Below the pieces are notes generated by a model that did no database searches, was not told the DNA's origin, and saw only the letters and a list, made by a program, of their open reading frames with translations. Positions 23,700-36,385 of a stretch of DNA of 64,000 nt are shown here, one piece after another. Numbering within the stretch: the stretch's first letter is position 1; every line of letters starts with the position of its first letter. This DNA comes from Octopus bimaculoides (taxonomy: Eukaryota). The stretch covers positions 40,209,633-40,273,632 of the forward strand of contig NC_068981.1 of the NCBI RefSeq assembly GCF_001194135.2, written 5' to 3'. The translations under genes and the position numbers were made by a program.

Positions 23700-24110
23700 G
23701 GACAAGAATTAGAGAGATGTGTTCTTTTTTCCAAGGACTTATGCAGACGTTTCTCAAGGGCTTACGTAGAGTTAATGAAGCAAGCTGTGTTCAACGTGCA
23801 AAAAAAGGTGTTTTGGTTTTGGAGTGGGTTGTCTGTAACTTAACCCTTGCATTTTACTGCAAATCCCAATTTGATGAAATTGTGCCAACGGGAGAACTTC
23901 ACCTGGTTGCTTGAGTTGTGAGAAATAGCACCCCAATTTTCTCCCAGTCACACGTTACCAAATCAAGATATATTGGATTATGCATTCCGGAGCACACTAC
24001 AGCAAAAAACAAAAGATGCGATAATTACCCTGGGATACTTTTGGTCATAGGTCTATCCAATATGGACCGATTTGAGACCAAAGAATATCTGACAGCATAT
24101 GTGTTTTGAA
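23700..24110 (+). mobile_element. Possible heavily decayed mariner-like transposase remnant
   Basis: Broken frames include QKKVFWFWSG and MHSGAHYSK, loosely resembling KKVMLCVWW and HDNARPH motifs. Confidence 0.3.
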
Positions 24111-24437
24111 AAAGCCCTATGTTTTTAGTGGGAGTTAGATATCACATGGTGTACTTGAAGGTTCTTTTATTGAACCACACTCTTTGCGATGTCTTGTTAT
24201 TGTGTATTTGCAGACAAATAAGAATGCAATTTCAAAGATAATGTAAATATTCAAAGATATTGTAACTCTCAACAGCAAATCCAATATAATATAACTTGGG
24301 ATTTAATATGATTTATTAAATAAGATATAAAATATTATCTGAAGCAATATTTATTAAGCAGAATGTCGCCTGAACTTATAGTTATGAAATACAATGTGAA
24401 ACCTATATTTATGAGATACAATGTTATCTGAACTTAC

Positions 24438-24475
24438 GTGGAAAAATCACTCTCATTTTCATCTTCGATAACCCA
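24438..24475 (-). CDS. Putative exon: GLSKMKMRVIFP
   Basis: Donor C|gtaagt; weak acceptor ataaagcag; phase 2 to 1 fits both neighbours. Confidence 0.45.
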
Positions 24476-24761
24476 CTGCTTTATATTTCAAACCAGCAGC
24501 TTTCTATCACCATAGCAATAACTCTAACTCTTTGCAACTGGCAAACCTGTTTATATTATATCTCTAACACTATAATTATTTAAATAAACAATCCAATAAA
24601 TTGTCTTTTTCACATTTATTGGAAAAGCTAGAAGACATACTAGACTTGTTATTAACATTTTAACATTTATACGTGACTTTTAGCAGCTAAATGTTTCATA
24701 TTTCTAGAATATCATAGTTAAAGTAAAGTAGCTGTTGTTTTCAATTGCTTGGTTTATGTAC

Positions 24762-24846
24762 CGTGTTTGGTATATCACTGCCGCGGTAGTCATCTTGACA
24801 CTTTCACTATATTTAGCTCGATAACTTCCATCATTATAGAGGCAAA
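24762..24846 (-). CDS. Putative exon: CLYNDGSYRAKYSESVKMTTAAVIYQT
   Basis: Branch-like taactga plus tcctccacactag acceptor; donor CG|gtacat; phase 1 to 2. Confidence 0.5.
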
Positions 24847-26241
24847 CTAGTGTGGAGGACTCAATCAGTTAAAAATCTATCCGCTTATAGAGCAAAAGCA
24901 AAAGGCTTCTATTTTGGAAAATTAATTTTTCATAGAATTATAACACAGTAGTCGTACCTCTAGGTTTCAGTTATATGTCCAGCTACCTAGCACTGTGTTT
25001 GTTACCTTTTTCTTTGGCAAATTAATGTAGTTATTTTATATTACTCAATGCTACCGAGGTGGTGAGTTCAAGTACTGGACACGATTTAATCGATTTTCTC
25101 CCCCTCAAAGTTGTTAGCTTTGTGCTTAAATTTAAAATGATTGTTAAATGGTCCCTGATATTTAGGATCTATTAAGTTATACTGTAGTCAAATACTCTAA
25201 ATTGAAGTAACTTTGCACAAAATTACAAACTACAATCAAATGAAAGAAACATTCATTATTGAGAGCCGTGCGTAAATAGCAGACTAAAAGCTAATACTTA
25301 TTAAGGTCAGTTTTTACAACACATAAAAAGAGCAAGAATTTCATATTTAACTTGACTACAAGTTAAACAACATTTATCCTGTAAACTAAACAACACCTAT
25401 GCGTTTATATCATGCACTAAAACTAAAGTTTATGAGGCTTTCTCATTTCTATTCGCGAGACAGCACAACAACATTCTTAATTGAATTATTCAAATACGTT
25501 TAAAAGAACTTATGCGAAAGGACAAATATCTTTGTTTGCTGGTGTGTCCGAAGCAAATTGTATTGTAGTGCAGTCTTAACTATCATTAGCGTCATGCTTT
25601 TTTATAACCAAATGTCACTATTTACCAGGTTAGGTCAATATGGTTCACAGAATAATAAAATTAAAGGCGTGTTTTGAATCTTTTAAGCTGTGAACACAAG
25701 CTTTTGCTGTAAAACAAAACAAGAGAAAAATACACAACGAATTATATCAAACATTAAAATGAATATATTTCCTGAAGTGAATAGACCTCGACAACAATAC
25801 TTCAGATTGAAATATCCACCAAAGAATAGACAGCTTCCCCAGACGTTAATGTAGAAATTGGAAAGAATTACATGAAATATCATTAAAAATACTTTTATGT
25901 CGATAAACATCAATGAATAGGGAAAATTGAATAATCTGTTTGCAACTTACTGGTACATCAGTTTGTTTCATTGATAGATTGTGGAATCGATTGTGTAGTT
26001 AGATGTACACGACATTTTGTATAAGCACAAATATTGATTTATATTTGTGTTTGTGAATGAATGTGCGTATGTTTGCATGTGTCTTCGTCGATTTGTTTAC
26101 TTGAGAGCATATTTCAGTTCAGTGTTTGTGTGTAACAAAAGCTTGCCCTCCTTCTGACTATATACATTCGGGATGATCAAGAAAATAGATGAAGTTGTCT
26201 ATCTTTAAAGTATAATTTCTCAGGTACTACATGTTCTTTAC

Positions 26242-26293
26242 CGTTTAACGATACTCTAATTGGAAACAAAACTATCCCATTGACCCTGTAGAC
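26242..26293 (-). CDS. Putative exon: VYRVNGIVLFPIRVSLN
   Basis: Acceptor ttttctgaaaaacacag; donor G|gtaaag; phase 0 to 1. Confidence 0.5.
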
Positions 26294-27214
26294 CTGTGTT
26301 TTTCAGAAAAGAATTTGATTATGGTGGAAGTTTTCGCTAAAAATATACACTACATTGATGCAATAAATGAAGAGGGACACATTTGATTGAATTTACTACA
26401 GCATACAAGAGGTAATCGTTTTAAAGGTCCCTTAAATATGAAACACGAATTCGATTTTAACAGACATCAAACCATAATATAAATGTGCGCAGTTAAATGC
26501 CGAATTTTATAGCATCCAAAACATTACAGCCGCTTTATTAAATTTCATTTTATTTCAGATAGTATTAAAAATATTAGTTTCATTGATTTTCTATTGATTT
26601 CAGCTCATCACTTTCAGCTGAGCATGAAGTTCAGCTTGGTAACAGAAACCAAATAAAGCAGAAGCTTTGAACATTAATCTGAACTTACTTCCATAACTTC
26701 AAATCTTCACCATCTTACTGATTACAGACAATAGGAAAAAAACTAGTATTTTACGCTCATAAACATTTAGCTAACTATGAATATAAAATCATAGCAATAC
26801 TTATTGTTTTGGAAACATTAATGCAATTCTGCTGTCTCTTAAGGTTTTGGTAAAAAGAGTATCTATAATAAGTAATAGCTGAGAGTATTTGCTTGTTTTA
26901 CGATCGCTCAGATACTTTCGTCTTTAATTAAGATCAGTAAAACCAAAGAAAATAGCCATTTACGTTTTCCTTTATTTTGAATTGTTTTCGACAAATGTTT
27001 ACGCGGAATGAGTTTTACCCCCATCATTTTCAGAAGAAGAGTAACTTGAGCAGACCATAGAAAATGTTAAAATATTACTAGATTTTCATTAACTGTAACA
27101 ACAGTTGGATGTTATTGCTTATCTGATACCAACTAGAAATATTAACACCACGAACCTAGAATCTCCTCCATACAATCGATTGCAAAATTGTCCATATTAT
27201 AATAATTGTTTCTA

Positions 27215-27418
27215 ATATAGGCACAAGGTTTGAATTTTTGCGGGAAGGAATTAGTCGATTACATCGACCCCACTTCTCAATTCGTTCATATTTCATCGAC
27301 ACTGAAAGGACGAAAGGCAAAGTCGACTTAAGTTGAATTTAAACTCAAAACATAGACAGACGAAATGCTGCTAAGCATTTTGTCCGGCGTGCTAACGATC
27401 GTGCCTGCTCTCGCTGCC
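27215..27418 (-). mobile_element. tRNA-derived SINE (family A)
   Basis: GAAAGGCAAAGTCGAC..CTAAGCATTTTGTCCGGCGTGCTAACG is the reverse complement of the family body. Confidence 0.85.
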
Positions 27419-27634
27419 TTCATTCATATTATAATAATGGATACGATCATCTAATGCAAATCGATCTGGTTAATTATTTGAACTCTTGTATTCAGGATGA
27501 TTTATTTTTGATTAATCAATCCAATTGATTTATACATAAAAGCCAGCGGGATCTAACGCTTTTCCCATCACCATCCCTCAATTGTTCCTGTTATTGTTGT
27601 TATTGTTTTGTCAATCCTCGTGAAGTAGACTTAC

Positions 27635-27686
27635 GATGAACAATGTGTGAGCTATAATCATTTCGTCTTTACTTGTCATTGAATAT
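27635..27686 (-). CDS. Putative exon: YSMTSKDEMIIAHTLFI
   Basis: Acceptor gtatttttag; donor ATC|gtaagt; only one open frame; phase 2 to 0. Confidence 0.62.
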
Positions 27687-28070
27687 CTAAAAATACTTTA
27701 TCCAGTGCACTCCCTTTTTTTTTTCAATACATTAGAGTGCTATTTGTGGAATGATTAATTGTTATTTCTAGCATAGTGCGCAACTCTATAAAGGACCCAC
27801 TCATTTGCTCCACATCCATCGTTCTGAACTCGGCGATGCAAGTTAGCGACATACTGGTCAATTATATATTGCTATCATTACTTATAGCGAATATTCGTTC
27901 TGCCTTAGGGCACTTGTTTATCAGTTTGGTGAGCTGACTTTGTGGTGAGAAAAGTGGATTAGCAATGTAGACATTGAAACATTAATGAAGAGAAGCGATA
28001 CACCTGCTGGTCGTCCGAAGCTCTCTACGCATATTGATAGAAACTGAAACTATTATTCGAGAAAACGGGA

Positions 28071-28071
<1 letters not shown>

Positions 28072-28138
<67 letters not shown>
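28072..28138. repeat. (AAAG)n microsatellite
   Basis: Direct reading. Confidence 0.95.
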
Positions 28139-29042
28139 ACGCTAGCAGATTCGACATTAGATTACTAACTTGAAATTTCTTGGCTTATTCAGTTATTGAA
28201 TATAATGGATATCAATTGGAAGCAGTTCCGGTCGTGGTGAAAAAGATAGAAGCTGGTTTGAAAAGTCTCCAAACGGACCATTATGTTTGATTTGTCCATT
28301 TATTTCTACTGTATGTTAAACACTTAATATCGAGCGCTTTTAACTGAATTTCGATTGCTATTGCATCGAATTGAATTACATTAAATTTAGTTCTGATTAT
28401 CTAATACAGGTCTCAAAATAGATTTAACAACATTGAGATTTTTTCATTCTGCAATTGGTTAAAAGATTTTGGTGTCTACTACACAAAATATAGATTTCTC
28501 ACTTAGTCATAAGGCCTTAATTTTGCAGGAAAGGTACAGTATTTTATTGTTACTTATTCTATCAACTCCTGAGATGAACTTCAACGGGTCTTCTGATACA
28601 GATAAGATACACTTATACAATTACGGATGAAAGGAAATTACACAAATAGAGATCTTTCTCATTTCCTGCATGCAATCAGGAGCTTACATCTATTTGTAGA
28701 GAGCATATGTGCAAGGGCCTCGTACATTGTCGTTAAACAGCTTATTGATTTATGTTTTGGATAGTCTCGTTTCGAAAGAATTAATACTATTCTCTTCTAG
28801 TAACCATTTGTAAGCAAATTTTCATCTCTTTGACACTACATTGAATTGCTTCCTCTCTACTGGTTTAGTATTTGCCCAGACACTAGTGTCTTTTTCGATA
28901 CCATGAGACTTCCAATAGTAAGCAGACGCTTATGCTGTTATTTTGTTTTCAACAATTTATTCCCTTTAAGTTATTATCTATTATTTAAATTTATCCAGTG
29001 GTATATTTTAGTTCTAGCTGCTCTGAATATATACCAGTTATT

Positions 29043-29248
29043 ATTGGTTTCAAATTTTGCCACAAAGTCAGCAATTTCGGGGGAGCGGGTAAGGCAATTA
29101 AATTGACCCCAGTGCTCAGCTAGTACTTATTTTATCGACTCCGAAAGGGTGAAAGGCAACATCGACTCCAGTGCCATTTGAGCCCAGAGTGTAAAGAAAT
29201 GCCGCTAGACATTTTGCCTGGCTTGATAACAATTCTGCCAACTCGCAA
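29043..29248 (-). mobile_element. tRNA-derived SINE (family A)
   Basis: TTTTATCGACTCCGAAAGGGTGAAAGGC..GACATTTTGCC family motifs. Confidence 0.8.
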
Positions 29249-29339
29249 GTTGTTTTTAGCGTATCTTTCGCTTCGAATAACATCTATACGAGAACTATGA
29301 GCCAAATACTGATATCAAAACTCTTTACACGAATATTAC

Positions 29340-30250
29340 ATCAAGCACATGATAGGACCACACAGGAGACGTGAGAGACGTGGAGTAGAAAGTAACAATG
29401 CAAGACGAATACTAAACTCACATACTCTAACGAATCTATGGAGATTTATAAGAAATAATAGAACGATTTCAAAAAATAGAAACGGGAAAATACATGCAAC
29501 GAATATATACCGAAAAGAAAGAAACCAACCACGCAAAGCAGAAAAGCGTCCACAATCCAATGAAATCATCACAATAGTACGCATAAACCAAACAAATCTT
29601 AACACATAGAAAATTAGACAAAAGGTAAAACTACGCATATGAGAGGGATGAGCCACAAGAAAATGAATATAATAATAGACTAAACCAAATAGGAATGAAT
29701 AAATCATCAGAATAAAGCAAAAGGAGACACAGAACATAAATAATAGAACACCGAAACGATGATAAGCAGATACGACCCCACCAAGCAACCGCTAGAATAA
29801 CAAAAATACTCTTGATCCATCATATACGATATTTTTTTAATTATTATTTTCTAACAGAATAACCTGCATAAGCGACAGGGCAAAATGTAAGAAAAACAAC
29901 AAATAAAATGAAATAATTAACCATATTAAAATCATAATTCATGAATTAGAGGAAACACCTTCCCAAATTTTACAAATATTCAAGTATCTGATGAAAAAAG
30001 TCAACTAGAGCTAGGTTTACTAAGAAGCTCTTTCCGCAGAAGCAAATCCTAACTTCAATGCACAAGATAAATAGCAATACTAGCATCCCTCATCAAAGCC
30101 CACCAGAAAATCAATAGGAAGAAATTTTATAATTGGAAATCGAAAAGAACATGAACACGGAAGGATTTATTTCAAAGAAAGAGAAGTAGGAAACATTGTA
30201 AGAAAATACAATGTTAAGAAACTGTAAGAGATCCCGTAAGTGAAATCTAA
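29340..30250 (+). mobile_element. Possible decayed LINE (endonuclease region) remnant
   Basis: A-rich, coding-like strand bias with broken frames; no intact diagnostic motif. Confidence 0.3.
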
Positions 30251-30542
30251 CTAAATTAAAACCACTGATTTTGGCAAGACATGTCAAAAAAGATGCTTCA
30301 AATACGAAAGGAAGTCATGCATTTTTGAGATAACGATATTTATTTTATTGACTGGAGAAGGAGAAAACAAAAATACGTACTCTGACTGGATTTGAACTCA
30401 CAACATAGAGAGATATGCCTAAATACCACCGGACATTTAATCTGGTCCTGTAGCCTGAGAACACTGAAATTCTCTCGTACTATTCCTTACTGACAGACGT
30501 AAAACATGAGCATTGGCATACATAAAACACAAAATGGCTTAC

Positions 30543-30618
30543 AAAATTATATTCGCAGATGTGAAGATATTTTTAATCACGAAATAATAACTTCGCTTTG
30601 ATAGAGCACCTGTCACAA
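30543..30618 (-). CDS. Putative exon: VTGALSKRSYYFVIKNIFTSANII
   Basis: Acceptor aaatttccag; donor TT|gtaagc; phase 1 to 2. Confidence 0.6.
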
Positions 30619-31559
30619 CTGGAAATTTTAGTTACAGATAATTGGCATGTATATTTCAGTTCAGACGCTAGACAATAATAACTCTATATTATTACTATTG
30701 AATACTACTGCTTCAGAACTTCCTACCATTAATTTTCAATCTTTGACATTAGAGCATGATAAAATATCATATATGATGTGTTGAGACTGTAGTTATAATT
30801 AATACTTCCATCGTGGTATAGAAGTTATTGCTGTAAACTTATTTCCACAGATTTGCTGGAACCTACCTTTTAAAGTATATTTTGAAAAGAAATTTTGGCA
30901 GCGGTTAACATCAAATGTCTTTAGCATCTTTGGACGATTCGCCATGAATAAATTCGTATGGAAAGATGAGACGGGAATACTGACATCTCTAATGAACAGT
31001 TTGGTCAGATTAAGAACATGTTTTAAGTGAGCATCGTAGCAGAGACAATTTATCGACCCACATCACCATTAATTTCTCCAGGCTATGCATTTATATCTAT
31101 TATAAGTTTCGTTTAGATCACAATTTGAAGAACGTGACAGAAATTCTTACTCATTGAACAAGACAGCCGGTGGGACACTGCGCCAGCAGAATAGTAGTAA
31201 TGCTAGGATGTGGATTGAGCTGCGGGGGAGCAGTCAGGATGTAAGCAAGACAATCTTTAGAAGACGTGAAGGGATACGATGGTATACAATAATGGAGTAG
31301 AGAAGTGTGATCAATATACGGAGGAATGATAGTAGAGTCTTTTATGCACTTAATCATGGCTGTGATAACGTTGTTACTAAAGATATGACAGTTTTTACAT
31401 AAATCCATATATACATGCATAAATGGATAAATGAGGTTGGGCTGAATAATTCCTAGACTAAAGGAGCTGATACTAGAACCGTGGAATCTTGCGTATATTA
31501 ATTTCATCTCTTCTTACTACATTGTCAGGTAAACAGACATTTGACTTCAAAGAAGACTT

Positions 31560-32787
31560 CAACAGTAAATAGTAGCGACTTCTCTTGAAAAATCAACAAA
31601 ATTTGGCATCGTGAGGCTATCAGGTACCTGCAAAAGAATGTTTTAGCTCTTAAAGACATTCATGATGATATGATTGCTACATTAAGAGATGATGCTCCAG
31701 CTTTATTAAAAGTGGGAGGCTAAATTTAGGAGAAGAATGGAGAGTCTTGAACATGACCCAAGGTCTGGATTCCTGCAACAGCTACCATTGAGAAAAACAT
31801 TCATCGTAGCGGCGGATGATAGGTGACTGATTGTAAATCAAATAGCTAATGCAGAGTTCAAAATATTCTTCACAATGAACTTGGCGTGACGAAGGCTTCT
31901 GCTCCGTGGGAGCCATGTCAAAAGTGCACATGGGTGATTACATCACAGGAAAATCTGATATTGTTTCAGAAAGATCCCGCTGGCTTCCTTGAACTTTTCG
32001 TCACCCAGGATAAGTGTTGGGTTCGTCACTTTGAGACAGAGACAAAGAGTCAATTCATGCAGTGAAAACACACCTTCTCACCTGCTCTAAAGACGGCCAA
32101 AGTCGTTTCACCTGAGGAGAAGGTAATGGCCTCTGTATTTTGAGATTTAAAAAGCATCAGTCAATGGAGAGTACAGTAATCCTTCGTCATATCTTCGTTC
32201 ACCTACTGCGGTTTATTTTTTAAGCTTACGTCGATTCCTCCGTGGTGTTGTTTTGCATTTATAATAAAATAAATATATACAAATTATAAAACTAATAAAA
32301 AAAAATACAGTGCACTATTTGTTTCTACCTCGCGGATTTTCACCTACTGCAGGGGGTTTTGGAACGTAACATCCGCGATATTCGAGGGATTACTGTACTA
32401 TGTTAATGTACTGAGGCAGTTACAAAAGGTTACTAAGACCAAATACCCAGGAAACTGACGAAAGTAGATTGGTTTCATCAGGACAATGCTCCGCTACACA
32501 AGCCCTTGGTTTGAATGGCTGCTCTGCTTGACTGTGGCTTTGAACTGATTGATCACCCTCCCTATTCTACTGATTTGTCGCCATCTAAATATCAGCCTTC
32601 CCCAACAGGGGATGACGTCATATTTGCTGTTGATGACTTTTTTACTAAGAAAGCTGCTTCTCCAATGGGGTAAAAGGACAGCAACACAGATGGAAGAAGT
32701 ATGTAGACTATGTTGAAAAATAAGCGTCATTTTTCGCATTCTATGAGAGTATCTTAGTCAGTCGACGAAATTTTCAGCCAACCTTTG
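31560..32787 (+). mobile_element. Decayed mariner (Tc1/mariner) transposon
   Basis: IWHREAIRYLQK, SLEHDPRSG, VTQDKCWVRHFE, KVMASVF*D, FHQDNAP and HPPYSTDLSPS motifs; right end CAGCCAACCTTTG followed by TA. Confidence 0.9.
32174..32395. mobile_element. Tigger-like MITE nested in the mariner
   Basis: TIRs CAGTAATCCTTCG / CGAGGGATTACTG; TA duplications at 32172-32173 and 32396-32397; removal restores VNGEYYVNVLRQL. Confidence 0.9.
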
Positions 32788-33897
32788 TATGTGTGTATGT
32801 GCGTGTGTGTATGAGTGTCTGTGTGCATGGGGCTGCGCGTGTGTATATCTGTATATATATATATATAGTGTAAGTTTTTGGCTGGCGGAGGATGATCACG
32901 TGATTAGGCTAATGAATTTTTGTAAGTTCGCCCCTACGTCCGTGCGTTAATGTCATTTAACAACATTTTCTGTGCCGCAAGTTAAGGCCGGCGCGGTTGC
33001 GACATAGATTCATTCTGTTACTTGATATCCACATGTACCACAGATTATTAAGGCCTAGCAAAAATCCTCAGTGGATTCGCATTGAACTTAACTAATTTTA
33101 GCCAGGACCCCAAGTTCCCTTCTTCTCTACATAAAAGTAAAAGCTAACGACCTAAACTTTTGGCACAATCATGACTGTCTCTAGTGCAATACTAATTTTC
33201 TCGTATGATATTATTTAGTGGATAACAAAATTGTATGCCTTCATACATACATACAGATCATGATTATTCAGTCACTGGACTACATACAAACAACTTCTGT
33301 CCACTCTACCACTTAACAAATTAAATTTAGAAAGCCTTGGTCACGTGGGACTGACGTTCACTCAACCGTATCAGCCGTAACTGTTGAAGTAAAAACTGTT
33401 GTCACATGACATTGACACACGGACGTAGCAGAACAGTTACGAAAATTTCTAAATCTAATCGCGTGATTATCATCTGCAACACTTGACAGATTAAATTTAG
33501 AGACCCTTGATTGCTTGGAACTATCGCTAGACACGTTCATTCAACAGTGTCGGCTTTAACTTACTACGCAAAAAATACTGTCACATGATATTAAAGTACA
33601 GATGCAACGAAGAGCTTGCAAAACTTCTAAATTTAATCACGTGATCGTCCTCAGCCAAGCAAATTGTATCCTACACAGATACTAATTTGAGCCAAAACAA
33701 GAAAAATTTTGAGCCCCAGTCATAAGGAAGACAGTTGCGACATAGCCCCACGTCTTTCTATCTCACTTAACTTTTGAAAATCAAAAAAGAATCATGAAGC
33801 CGGTTAGGCCTTTAAAAATAAACCATCTAAAAGACTCCTGATGCATTTTCGATTTCTTTTTCCTATATTTCTACCAGTATGGAATAAAATAACTTTG

Positions 33898-33932
<35 letters not shown>

Positions 33933-34348
33933 GCGCGCACACACACACATATATATATATATATATTTAAGCATAGGCATACACGCGAAAAGACCAGTAA
34001 GTTCAGAGACTCACCCTCCCATGTATATATGCACAGTTCATATCAATATCTACATACAACTCTCATACACACACACGATTAACTTCAAGTACTTTGCGGT
34101 ATTTTTCCGATTCTTTAGGTTCTGGGTTCAAACCTCGCCGGGTCCGAAGTTAATAAAATGAAGTACTAGTGAAATACTGAGGTCAACTATATCGACGAAA
34201 CTCCTCGCCCAGCCTTGTGACTTTAATTACAAACAATTATCATTTAATATTGTTTACATTTTATATTTCCATCTATATTTTGTTGATAGCCAGTATCTAA
34301 TGTCTATTGTATTATAGTGTTTTTCTAGTGTTCGGATTTTCATGTAAC

Positions 34349-34466
34349 GCTTACGGCCATATCACGCTGAGAGCACCGGTTCTCGTCCGATCACCGAAGT
34401 TAAGCAACGTCGAGCCTAGTGAGTATTTAGATGGGTGACCGCTTGGGAAACCTAGGTGCTGTAAGC
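34349..34466 (+). rRNA. 5S rRNA: Full-length dispersed 5S rRNA copy (retroposed)
   Basis: GCTTACGGCCATATCAC..CCGATCACCGAAGTTAAGC..GATGGGTGACCGCTTGGGAA..GTGCTGTAAGC. Termini GCTTAC/GTAAGC and CCTAG/CTAGG are complementary. Confidence 0.95.
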
Positions 34467-34722
34467 GTCCCACACTTTTTAGCCCCTGGTGGGTAATAAA
34501 GAGATCTGATTTTCATGTAACTGTGATATTAATTCATAAACGATATTTTTGTTTTCGTGCGTTATTCAAACATCATTCCACAAATGGTACAAAGTTCACA
34601 ATTGGAAATTGTATATATGTATATATGTATAACAAATAGGCTAATTTTCTGGTTACTGCACTTGCTATATTATCACCATCAGACTATACAATTCTTCTTA
34701 ATTTGTATTGACTTATATTTAC

Positions 34723-34768
34723 CATCTTGCATCTTTGTGAATTTGCTATTGTCATAAATGAATAACTC
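34723..34768 (-). CDS. Putative exon: ELFIYDNSKFTKMQD
   Basis: Acceptor gcgttgtagtctag; donor G|gtaaat; phase 0 to 1 fits both neighbours. Confidence 0.5.
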
Positions 34769-35335
34769 CTAGACTACAACGCAAATTGATGATTCATTGG
34801 CGACATACACATTTAATAGCATCGAGTTGTTTTAACCTGTATCAGGTGCTTTTATCTAAGTCACATAAGGAAAGATTTGTGAATACCACAATATTTTTTA
34901 GTAGTACTGAGCGTTAAAATTTATTAAAAACTGTAAAAATTAAGTCCTAAATGTTGAAAAAACAAACTCAGATTATCCACTTATTAAAGATAAGTAATAT
35001 TTAGAAAATGTTGATAAAGACTCCAAAGAGAAAATTGGGGAAAAAATATTTTTCTTAACCATAATTCTGCCTTCTAATCAGCGATTGGTGATAGATTATG
35101 TCAATAACAAAAATATCTTATCTTGGAAGTTATATACAAAGTTATTAATGGGAAAATTATTTCTTTTCTCTTTTTTAATTTAAAATGAGTCGAAAGTTCT
35201 TAATTGCTATTCGCAATATATTCAACATCTCACGACCATAATTCACTAATCATTTCCCATATATACATTGCTTACTTATTGAAACGATTTATAGGAAATA
35301 ACCGAAGCAAGTTTTGGAAAAGTGCCAAAAGGTTG

Positions 35336-35375
<40 letters not shown>

Positions 35376-35931
35376 TATTTTTATTTTTTGTAAACAAGGA
35401 CTACTTTCTTGAAATATATCTGCTTCCTTAGCGCTAATCACTGTACGTTTTACTGCAGACATACTTGTCGAACGCATAGCCAGAACAAAATAAACGGTAT
35501 TATTTTGAAACAGTCAATATTTGTGAGCGTGATGAAGTATATTGAGAGGCGGAGCAAATTGCAGTAGACAAAATTAGAAGAGAAAATAGATTTAACTGGA
35601 AGATGTGTCTGATCCTGAATGGGATATGTTCTGCTTTACTTAAATGTTTATTAGAGTGATATATTGGTAATCGATTTAGCATCTGATATATTGGTTTAGA
35701 ATTATATACTTAATTCAGTATCAATTTTCAGATCAGCTCAATTATTGTAGTCGGTAGTTCTCATTTCATCTTATAGATGAAGGCTGCTTGATAATAAACA
35801 TTTAGAAAAGGGAATTACTTTCAGAAGATACGCATTTTCGAAAACTATTTAGTGCAATAACTTCATCATAATTTCAATACCAATGTTATCAAAAGATTTT
35901 TGAGAAGATTAGACTTTTGATAGTGACAGCT

Positions 35932-36385
35932 ACAATATTGATTTCAAATTTTGGCACAAGGACAGTAATTTCGAGGGAGCGAGCAAGTTGATTACATCGA
36001 CCCAGTTCTCAACTGGTACCCTTTTATTGACACTGAAAGGATACAAAGCAAAGACGACCTTGGTGGAATTTAAAACTCAGAAGGTAGTGACGAACGAAAT
36101 GCTGCCAAGCGTTTTGCTCAGCGTGCTAATGATTCTGCCAGCCCGCCACCTTAGTAACAGGAACAATATTGATTTCAAAGTTTGGCACAAGGCCAGCAGT
36201 TTCGCGGGTTGGAGTAAGTCGATAACATTGACCCCAATGTTCAACCGGTACTTATTTTATCGACCCCGAAAGAATGAAAGATAAAGTCGACTCCGGTGGC
36301 ATTTGAACTCAAAACGTAAAGTCGGAAGCAATGCCGCTAAGCATTTTGCTTGGGGCAGTAACAATTGTGCCAGCTCGCCACTTTT
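35932..36385 (-). mobile_element. Two tandem family A SINE copies
   Basis: Both show ATTGATTTCAAA..TGGCACAAG, CGACCCC..GAAAG and AGCATTTT/GCGTTTT..GCCAGC motifs (about 35932-36150 and 36165-36385). Confidence 0.85.

Noticed and set aside
25650-25703. Strong minus-strand acceptor (ttttgttttacag) followed by KACVHSLKDSK
   Set aside because: No convincing donor before the stop.
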